From contig JAYTOU010000068.1 in NCBI GenBank assembly GCA_043747615.1, forward strand, positions 1-14,808: DNA of 14,808 nt. Direction: 5' to 3'. Shown here piece after piece: positions 1 to 7,404 of this stretch (its first letter is position 1; each line of letters opens with the position of its first letter). The notes under the pieces are model-generated. The model worked only from the letters and a program-made list of their open reading frames with translations. It searched no databases and had not been told where the DNA came from. The stretch comes from Myxococcales bacterium (GTDB taxonomy: Bacteria > Myxococcota_A > Polyangia > Polyangiales > Polyangiaceae). Position numbers and translations under genes: made by a program.

Positions 1-34
1 GCTCGGGTCTAATCTTGGGTGCGATGACACTCAT
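1..34 (-). CDS. N-terminus of the putative IS256 transposase (partial, MSVIAPKIRPE...)
   Basis: ATG 6 nt downstream of AAGGAG and just inside the terminal repeat. Only 11 codons are visible, so the identity rests on context. Confidence 0.6.
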   Translation of the reverse strand, partial: MSVIAPKIRPE

Positions 35-97
35 GGAACACTCCTTCATTGAGAAGTGCCGGAAGAGTGCAAGTTACACAAAGTTTCTGACAAGCCC
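1..97 (-). mobile_element. Left end of an IS256-family insertion sequence (continues beyond the left edge)
   Basis: Minus strand from 97 reads GGGCTTGTCAGAAACTTTGTGTAAC, matching my recollection of IS256-family terminal repeats (GRG..TGT....TGTGTAA). It is followed by RBS AAGGAG (46-41) and ATG at 34. The ATPase frame has stops at 10, 25 and 88 and becomes ATPase-like only after 98. Confidence 0.8.
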
Positions 98-591
98 CGG
101 CAGTGTGGATTCTGAGCGGCGACGCGCAGCCTCGGGTGCGCGCTCTCGCCGCACGCCTCGGCATTCCAGAAGACCGCGCCATCGGAGAGAGCACACCGGA
201 AGCCAAGGCGCGCTTCCTCGAAGTCCACGATCACGCCGACACCCTCATGATTGGCGACGGCATCAACGACAGCTTGGCCGTCGCGCGCGCCTTCTGCTCG
301 GGCACCCCCGCGATCGACCGCCCGTTCAGGCCTGCGCGCTCCGATTTTTTCTTCACGACTCCGGGCTTGCGACCGATCCGTCTCGCCCTCCTCGCGAGCC
401 GCGAGCTCTCGAGGGTTACCCGCAGAAATATCGCGTTTGCCGTCGCCTACAACGCGATCTCGATCTCGCTTGCCCACGCCGGATTGATGTCACCGCTCCT
501 ATGCGCGGTAGTCATGCCGGTCAGCTCACTCACCATCGTCGCCGCAACCCTCGCCTCGCTCTCCGAAAGGAGCCCACTGTGGAAGTCCTGA
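98..591 (+). pseudogene. ccoI: 3' fragment of a P1B-type heavy-metal (Cu) ATPase, CcoI/FixI-like, interrupted by the IS
   Basis: Motifs VWILSGD (TGD-like), TPEAK, MIGDGIND, NIAFAVAYN and AVVMPVSSLTI. Lies directly upstream of ccoS. The phosphorylation and actuator domains are absent from the window. Confidence 0.85.
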
Positions 592-755
592 TCTTGCAAG
601 TCTTCGTGAGCCTGATGCTCGTGACGGCGTCGATTCTCTTGTTCACCTACAGCATTCGCGCGCGCGACTACGAGCAAGCCGATCGCCTGGCGCTGTTCCC
701 GATTGCCCAAGACGACGCCCCCCGGAAGAAAGCTGACGCGCCCCGTATCGACTGA
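579..755 (+). CDS. ccoS: cbb3 oxidase maturation protein CcoS/FixS (58 aa)
   Basis: GTG at 579 with AAGGAG at 567-572. MEVLILQVFVSLMLVTASILLFTYSIRARDYEQADRLALFP is one TM helix plus a CcoS-like tail. Overlaps the ccoI stop. Confidence 0.85.
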   Translation: MEVLILQVFVSLMLVTASILLFTYSIRARDYEQADRLALFPIAQDDAPRKKADAPRID

Positions 756-3058
756 GATCGCAAAAGTACGGATTGTTTGCAACGACGCGATCTCCCCGGC
801 GGTTCGTCGCCGCGTCAGTGGTCTGGGGGCTCGTGGGGATGCTGGTCGGCGCGATCGTCGCGCTTCAGCTCGCGCATCATCAAGCGAACGCCTCGCCTTA
901 CCTTTCGTTTGGCCGGCTCCGTCCGCTTCACACGAACGCCGTCATCTTCGCGTTCGTCGGCAACATGATCTTTGCGGGCATCTACTACTCGACCCAGCGC
1001 CTCGTGAAGACGCGGATGTACTCGGATGCGCTCTCGAGCATCCACTTCTGGGGATGGCAGGCGATCATCGTGGCCGCGGCAATCACCCTTCCCCTCGGCC
1101 TGAGCCAAGGCAAGGAGTACGCGGAGCTCGAATGGCCGATCGACCTAACGGTCACCGTGATCTGGCTCGTTTTCGCGGCGAACTTCTTCCTCACGCTGAA
1201 GAATCGAAACGAGAAGCACCTCTACGTCGCGATCTGGTTTTACATCGCGACGATCGTCACCGTCGCCGTCCTTCACGTAGTCAACAGCCTCGCGATCCCG
1301 GTCTTCGCCTTCAAGAGCTACTCGATCTTCGGCGGCGTCCAGGATGCGCTCGTGCAGTGGTGGTACGGGCACAACGCCGTCGCCTTCTTCCTGACCACGC
1401 CGGTGCTCGGCATCATGTACTACTTCCTGCCCAAGGCGGCCGGGCGACCGGTCTACTCGTACCGCCTGTCGATCATCGATTTCTGGGCGCTCATTTTCGT
1501 CTACATCTGGGCGGGCCCGCATCATCTCCTCTACACGGCGCTCCCCGATTGGGCGCAGTCACTCGGGATGATCTTCAGCCTCATGCTCTGGGCTCCGAGC
1601 TGGGGAGGAATGCTCAACGGGCTGCTCACCTTGCGCGGCGCGTGGGATCGCGTGCGCTCCGATCCGGTGCTCAAGTTTTTCGTTGCCGGCGTGACGTTCT
1701 ACGGAATGGCGACCTTCGAAGGGCCACTTTTGTCGATAAAAAGCGTCAGCGCGCTTGCACACTACACCGATTGGATCATCGGGCACGTGCACGTCGCGGC
1801 GCTCGGCTGGAACGGGTTCATGGCCGCAGGAATGTTCTACTGGATGGTCCCTCGACTCTACGGGACGAAGCTCCACTCGACGGCGCTCGCGAACTTGCAC
1901 TTCTACCTCGGCACCGTCGGAATCATCCTCTACGGAATTTCCATGTGGGTGAGCGGCGTCACCCAAGGAATGATGTGGCGGGCGATGGCACCGTCGGGAG
2001 GCCTGCTCTACCCGAACTTCGTCGAGACGCTCATCGCGGTAAAGCCGATGTACTGGGTGCGCCTGGCGGGAGGAATGATCTACCTCGCGGGCACGTGCAT
2101 CATGGCCTACAACCTCGTTCGCACCGCGCGGTCCGGAGTGGCCGTGGACGGGGAGACGGAGGTCGTCGTCGAGACGAAAGGAGCGGAGGTCCCCTGGGGG
2201 CGCATCGTCTTTGGTGCGCCGGTGGTCCTCGTTACGATCGTGTCGCTGCTCGTGGGTTCGATCGCCTTCCAGAATGTTTCGGGGAGCGCGTTCACGATCA
2301 TGGTCGTCGCGGTCGTCGCCATTGGCGGAACGCTCGCTTTCGAGCTCACCCGGCGTGCGGAAGAGACCAGTTGGCACCGACTCCTCGAGGGGCGCCCGCT
2401 CATCTTCACTGCATTGACCATCCTGGCGGTGCTCGTCGGGGGCGTGGCCGAGATCATTCCCACCGTCGTCGTCGGTCACACGGAAGCGCTTTCGTCGACG
2501 GCTAAGCCTTATACCGCGCTCGAGCTCGAAGGGAGCGATCTCTACCTGCGCGAGGGCTGCTCCTTGTGCTACTCGCAGATGATTCGCTAGATGCGCTTCG
2601 AGACGATGCGCTAAGGAGACGTCTCCCGCGCCGACGAGTCGCGCTGGGATCATCCGTTCCAGTGGGGCTCGAAGCGGACGGGGCCAGACCTCGCGCGCGT
2701 AGGTCCGAAGTATCCGAGTCTCTGGCACTTGCGCCACCTCGAGGACCCGCGGTCGACGTCGCCGGAGTCCAACATGCCGCCTTACGCGTTCATGGTGTCT
2801 GCGAAGGTCGACTACGCGCGCACGTCCGAGAAGCTCGGCGCTATGCGCACGATCGGCGTTCCTTACAGCGAGTCCGAGGTCGCGACGGCGCAAAGAGCCG
2901 CGCTCGCGCAAGGAGCCGACATCGTGGCCGACCAGCAAAAGAGCGGCGCAGACGTGGCGCCGGACGCAGAGATCATCGCCCTGATCGCCTACCTCCAGCG
3001 CTTGGGCAATCCGCCGAAAGAGCGGGCTGCGCTCCCCATCGCCCACCAATCACCGTGA
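745..3058 (+). pseudogene. ccoNO: Fused cbb3-type cytochrome c oxidase subunit I/II (CcoNO), disrupted
   Basis: CcoN motifs GRLRPLHTNAVIFAF, KEYAELEW, WWYGHNAV, WAGPHH and GHVH. CcoO motifs YTALELEG, DHPFQWGSKRTGPDLAR and SNMPPY in the same frame. Extra C in the 794-797 run, in-frame stops TAG 2588 and TAA 2612, and CxxCH reading CSLCY. The start position is approximate. Confidence 0.93.
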
Positions 3059-3071
3059 TTTCAGAGGATGC

Positions 3072-3242
3072 ATGTACCAAGAATTTTTCTCCCGCAGTCC
3101 ACTCCTCGCGTTGCCTCTCTTCGCGCTGGCGATCTTCATCGTCGTCTTCGCGATGATCGTTTTTCGCGCGTTCAGCCCTCGCAGCCGCGAGGTCGCGGCG
3201 CACATGGAGCGCTTTTCTCTCGATGACGAGCACGCGTCATGA
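3072..3242 (+). CDS. ccoQ: cbb3 oxidase small subunit CcoQ/FixQ-like (56 aa, not in the ORF track)
   Basis: GAGGA at 3064-3068 and ATG at 3072. MYQEFFSRSPLLALPLFALAIFIVVFAMIVFRAFSPRSREVAAHMERFSLDDEHAS has one TM helix and an acidic tail. Sits between ccoO and ccoP with an ATGA overlap to ccoP. Confidence 0.8.
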   Translation: MYQEFFSRSPLLALPLFALAIFIVVFAMIVFRAFSPRSREVAAHMERFSLDDEHAS

Positions 3243-3661
3243 GCGGCGTCGAGACGGAGGCCACTCCCCTCCCCGATCAAGTCGTTCACGAGTACGACGG
3301 AATCCAGGAGTACGACAACAAGCTCCCGAGCTGGTGGCTGCTCACGTTCTACGGCGCGATCGTTTTCGCGGTCGGCTACTGGTTCACCTTCCACGTGTTC
3401 GAGGCAGCCGATCTGCCGATGCAGGCCTACCGCAAAGACATGGCGGCGGCGGCCGAGCGAGAGGGAAAATCTACGGTGATGACGGCGCCCGAGCTCCTCG
3501 CCTTGTCCCGCGATCCGGCGGTCATCAAAGACGGGGAAAAGCTCTTCGCGCAGACGTGCGTGTCCTGCCACGGCCCGAAGGCGGGCGGAAACATTGGTCC
3601 GAACCTTACCGACGAGTACTGGCTTCATGGCGGCGACCCCGAAAAAATCTACGCGACGATC
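3239..3661 (+). pseudogene. ccoP: 5' part of cbb3 oxidase subunit III (CcoP), truncated and fused in frame to ccoG
   Basis: HEYDGIQEYDNKLPSWW (FixP N-terminal motif), a TM helix, CVSCH and GPNLTDEYWLHGG..IYATI. The usual downstream GMPxW axial-Met segment is missing. Confidence 0.9.
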
Positions 3662-4672
3662 TTCCGGCGCATCGAGCGAGCAATCGAAGGCCCGCGCGAG
3701 AAGCGACTGCGGCGAAATGCGGGACCATGGACGCTCGACAAGCTGTGGCGAAAGGCGCTCGTTCACGGCTTCTACGTTTTCTTTTCGCTGCTGCTGGCAC
3801 ACGTTTTTTTGAGCTATTTCGTCTCGATTAGGGCGATGTTCGCGATGATGCGCGAGGCTCCGGCGGCGCACCCGGAGGCCTTCGTCGTCGTCGCCGCGCT
3901 GACCGCCGTTTTCTACGTCGACTTCGCCTGGTTCCGAGAGCAGTTCTGCGTGGTGGTGTGTCCGTAGGGGCGCCTACAGTCGGTCCTTCTCGATCCGCAC
4001 TCGCTCGTCGTCGGCTACGACGCACAGCGCGGAGAGCCTCGAGGCAAAGCTTCTGCCGAGGGAAAAGGGGACTGCGTCGACTGCGGCCAGTGCGTGGTCG
4101 TGTGTCCGACGGGAATCGACATTCGAAACGGTCTGCAGATGGACTGCATCGCGTGCACCGCATGCATCGACGCGTGCGACGACATCATGTCTCGCCTCGG
4201 TCGCGCGCCAGGACTCATTCGCTACGACTCGCAAGACGGTTTGCTGGGAAAGCCGCGACGCATCCTGCGCCCTCGCCTCGCCCTCTACACCGGACTCCTC
4301 GTGGCCGGCGTCGTGGCGTCGTCGCTCGCGTTCGCAGGTCATGATCCGTACGAAGCGAATGTCCTGCGCGTATCGGGGCCGCCGTACGTCCTCGAGGAAG
4401 GCATGGTGCGAAACGCATTCGACCTGCATCTCATGAACAAGCGCGGCGACCCGACCACGTTCGAGATCGTCCCGGAGGCTTCGCCGGGCGCGGTCTTCAT
4501 CGTGCCGCTCGCGAAGATCACGCTCGCCTCGCTTGGCAGCGCACACGCACCGATCTTCGTCACCGTCGCCAGGGCGGACTACCACGGTGAGTTCGCGGTG
4601 CACGTCGCCGTATCCGCAAATGGCGCGCCGGTGCGAAGGCTCGTTCTGCCATTTCTCGGGCCCTCCAAATGA
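3662..4672 (+). pseudogene. ccoG: Cytochrome c oxidase accessory protein CcoG/FixG, 5'-deleted with an internal nonsense codon
   Basis: FRRIERAIEG, FREQFCVVVCP*GRLQS (TAG 3965-3967 where Tyr is expected), YDAQRGEPRG, CVDCGQCVVVCPTGIDIR, CIACTACIDAC and a C-terminal Ig-like region, all in one frame. The N-terminal TM and CGWxCP region is absent. Confidence 0.92.
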
Positions 4673-5408
4673 TCTTCGACGCGCCGCTCGGTTTCGTTGC
4701 CGCGCTCATGCTCGGCTCGCTTGGCGCGACCCGCTGCGTGGCGATGTGCGGAGGGATCGTCGTTGCGACTGGCACCGGAGTCGACCCGCGCCTTCGACTT
4801 ACGATGGCATCGCAGGTACCGATCCTCCTTGCTCAAAATGCAGGGCGAGTCTTTTCGTACGCGATCGCCGGAGCGCTTGCGGGCGGCTTTGGATCGCTCG
4901 CGGCGGCGTTCTCGGTCGGCGGCGCGCGGAGCTGGCTGCAAGTGTTCTCGGGCGTGATGATGCTTGGTGTGGGCTCTTTCTCGCCGGCGTCCTTCCGCGG
5001 TTCGCGACCATCGAGCGTGTCGGGCTTCCCATCTGGCGGCGGATGGAACCCATCGGGCGAAAATTCTTGCCGCTGCGAACGCCGCGTCACTCCTTCGCCT
5101 TCGGGATGGTGTGGGGCTGGCTCCCTTGCGGACTCGTCTACTCCGCGCTCTCGATCGCCGTGGGCGCCGGGTCGGCGAGGAGCGGCGCCCTGACGATGCT
5201 CGCCTTCGGACTGGGCACCGCGCCCGCTCTCCTTGCGATGGGCACGATGGCAGCCGCGATCTCGAAGGCCGCACGAAAGCCCTTCGTTCGCGCCGGAGCG
5301 GGGTTGATCATCGCCGCGTTTGGCGCGCTCCATCTGCACCTCGCATCCGAGAGTCTTCTCGCGGCGCCTGACGGGCATGGCGCCAGGTGCTGCCACGCCG
5401 GGCGCTGA
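4669..5408 (+). pseudogene. DsbD_2 / TauE-SafE-like membrane protein of cbb3 assembly loci, frameshifted
   Basis: The 5' half (frame of 4669) has RCVAMCGG (canonical HCxxMCG) and NAGRVFSY. The 3' half (other frame) has GMVWGWLPCGLVY, MLAFGLGT and a CCH tail. One base appears to be missing at about 4971-4974. Confidence 0.88.
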
Positions 5409-5426
5409 CGGCGTGTCACGATCGGT

Positions 5427-5951
5427 TCACTCGCGCGTGAACCCGAGTGCGCCCGCTCCGGTCGTGATGGTCAGCGTGCTGCCGGAAATGCGGTACGGAT
5501 AGTCTCCGGGAGTGACGACGACCGGATCGCTCTCCGACGCCATCGCCGGCCGCGTCGCGTAGTTCTGACTCGCTTGGGTGCACTGCATGCGGGCGGTCGC
5601 ATGCGACGGCAACGAGCTCAGACGAAGGCCGGTCGACCCGTTGACCGTGACCGATGCCCACGTCCCACCGGACGACGTGAGCGAATAGGTGCAGCCCGGA
5701 AATGAGCTCGCGTTCGCCGCGAAGACAGTGGTGAACGTGGAGGCGTAGCTCATGTCACCGTTGAAAGCGACCTCCCAAGTCGCCGTGACTGACGCGACGG
5801 TGGCATCGCGACCCGGAATGGGAGAAACCTTCCACGTGCCGACCGGCGAAGCCTCGCTCGTGGCGCCTCCGGCTTTGGATGTGGAGCTGCTGCATCCGAC
5901 GATCACCGAAAAGAGCAGAGTGCAGATGGTAGCGGTCAGAGCGGTTTCCAT
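5427..5951 (-). CDS. Hypothetical lipoprotein (174 aa), beta-rich, possibly lipocalin-like
   Basis: METALTATICTLLFSVIVGC signal with lipobox, Ser/Thr linker, then a PVGTW motif and C-terminal YRISGSTLTIT. The ATG at 5951 is preferred to the track start at 5990. Confidence 0.75.
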   Translation of the reverse strand: METALTATICTLLFSVIVGCSSSTSKAGGATSEASPVGTWKVSPIPGRDATVASVTATWEVAFNGDMSYASTFTTVFAANASSFPGCTYSLTSSGGTWASVTVNGSTGLRLSSLPSHATARMQCTQASQNYATRPAMASESDPVVVTPGDYPYRISGSTLTITTGAGALGFTRE

Positions 5952-5994
5952 GGATGCCGAGGCTATCGCACTTGGCCCAGGTAAAATCATTCAA

Positions 5995-6178
5995 ATGCGG
6001 TGCGGCGCAGGTGATTGCTCTTTCGCTCGCGTGCTGTCACGGGTCGAGCGCGGCGAGCGTGGGTCCTCCAGCGCCGACGACGTGCAACAACCACCCGGAG
6101 CTCTGTGACCGCGCGTATGACCGCGCCTCGTTTCCTGGCACGCACGACGCGTACGCTCCTCCCGCATCCTTCGACTAG
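5995..6178 (+). pseudogene. Truncated remnant of a secreted PI-PLC-like phosphodiesterase
   Basis: VIALSLACC signal-like segment, then CNNHPELCDRAYDRASFPGTHDAY (6083-6154), resembling the CNGxxxLCxRxYxxxxxxxTHN N-terminus of PI-PLC-like proteins. A stop follows 8 codons later. The ATG at 5995 is out of frame with the motif. Confidence 0.65.
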
Positions 6179-7404
6179 AAACGACCGATCAACGATCCGC
6201 CCAAGAGATTCGGGCCAACGAGCGGCACCATCGACATCTCGGTGGGCTCGCGCGCCGGCGCCGTGGGCTTGGTCGGGTTCTCGTCGAGCCGTCGCGAAGG
6301 AAGGGAGACGGTCGGCTTGTCGAACGCGTAAAAGACGACTCCGGTGAGGAGCGCAGCGACGCCGACGCCGTAGGCGACGACCGCGACCGTCGACCATGTG
6401 TCGCGATTGACGTGCGCATCTCGGTAGTCTTGCACGTCCTGGTCCCCCAGATTCGTCGTTCGCTCTTTGTCGAGGATGACGTTCATGCGGTGCTGCTGAC
6501 TTCCGGCGACGAACGAGAAGACGACGCCGCTCACGACTGCCGCGCCTCCCGACAGAAGAAGGGCGTTGGCGACGATGCGCTGCCCGGTCACGTGCATCGT
6601 GTACGAGAGCGTCTTCTTCTGATCGCGCGTCACCTGAATCTCTTGTGCAAAAGGCGCGTAGCCATTCTTCGTGATGACGACGAGGTGCGTTCCGGCAGTG
6701 AGATCCAGGGGCGTGGGCAGCGGCGTCGTGCCGACGAGCCGCGAGTCGATCGTGACGTCGGCGTTGAGCATGCCGTCAAGCGTCAGCCGTGCGGGCTTCT
6801 CCCTCAGCTGCACCTCGACGGGAACGAGTGCGTTCTCGACGGCGTTCACGTCTCGCTCCTCGTCGTAATACCCTGCAGCGGTCACCTTGATGCGGTGTTT
6901 TCCCGGGGCAACTTCCAGGGCATTGAGAGACTCTGTCTTGGTCTTTCCATCGAAGAGAATCTGCGCGCCTTCGGCCTGCGCCATCACCATGATACGCGCG
7001 GGCTCCTTCACCACCGACTTCGTAGTTGCCGGCTCCGGCGCCGCGCCCTTCTCCACTTGGAGGAGCTCCTCGAGCGCCATCGTGGCGTCGAGGCGTCTTC
7101 CTCCCACCCGAACTTGGGCGATGTACGTGCGGTAGTTCTGAATCGCCGCGCGCAGGTGGTCCATGTTCGCGTCGATCGCGTATTGCCGCTTGTGCGCCTG
7201 GGCGATGGAGAAAACGATTGCCGGCTTCGAAACGATCTTGTTCGCCGCCTCGAACGCCTGAATCGCCGCGCTGAACTGGCCGCTACCGTACGCAGCCGCG
7301 CCCGCGCTGAAGAGCTCCTTGGCGCGCTCGATGTCTTGTGCAGCGGCGTCGCCCCCAAAGAAGAGGCTGGCGACGAAGACGGCCGAGAGCAGAGGGCGCA
7401 TCAT
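6175..7404 (-). CDS. TPR- and PEGA-domain exported protein
   Basis: Signal peptide, TPR-like helices (AKELFSAGAAAYGSGQFSAAIQAFEAA), two PEGA-like repeats (VAPGKHRIKVTAAGY; VGTTPL..LTAGTHLVVITKNGY), two hydrophobic segments and a C-terminal GGSLIGRF. Confidence 0.88.
   Translation of the reverse strand: MMRPLLSAVFVASLFFGGDAAAQDIERAKELFSAGAAAYGSGQFSAAIQAFEAANKIVSKPAIVFSIAQAHKRQYAIDANMDHLRAAIQNYRTYIAQVRVGGRRLDATMALEELLQVEKGAAPEPATTKSVVKEPARIMVMAQAEGAQILFDGKTKTESLNALEVAPGKHRIKVTAAGYYDEERDVNAVENALVPVEVQLREKPARLTLDGMLNADVTIDSRLVGTTPLPTPLDLTAGTHLVVITKNGYAPFAQEIQVTRDQKKTLSYTMHVTGQRIVANALLLSGGAAVVSGVVFSFVAGSQQHRMNVILDKERTTNLGDQDVQDYRDAHVNRDTWSTVAVVAYGVGVAALLTGVVFYAFDKPTVSLPSRRLDENPTKPTAPAREPTEMSMVPLVGPNLLGGSLIGRF

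Noticed and set aside
773..2590. Nitric oxide reductase or a new heme-copper oxidase type
   Set aside because: Motifs and gene context match cbb3 CcoN; the deviations are better explained as decay.
703..3049. Long alternative ORFs 703..2505 (+) and 1559..3049 (-)
   Set aside because: Arg-rich shadow frames typical of high-GC coding DNA. Only about 745-795 of the first appears to be genuine ccoN sequence.
2588..3967. Stop-codon recoding (TAA/TAG read as Tyr), since two in-frame stops fall at conserved Tyr positions
   Set aside because: TAC to TAA/TAG is a single-base nonsense change. TAG and TAA terminate intact genes here (6175, 10428), and frameshifts, a deletion and an IS affect the same operon.
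794..4974. Programmed frameshifting or phase variation at the two indels
   Set aside because: The runs are only 3-4 nt with no slippery heptamer or evident stimulatory structure, and other lesions would still inactivate the genes.
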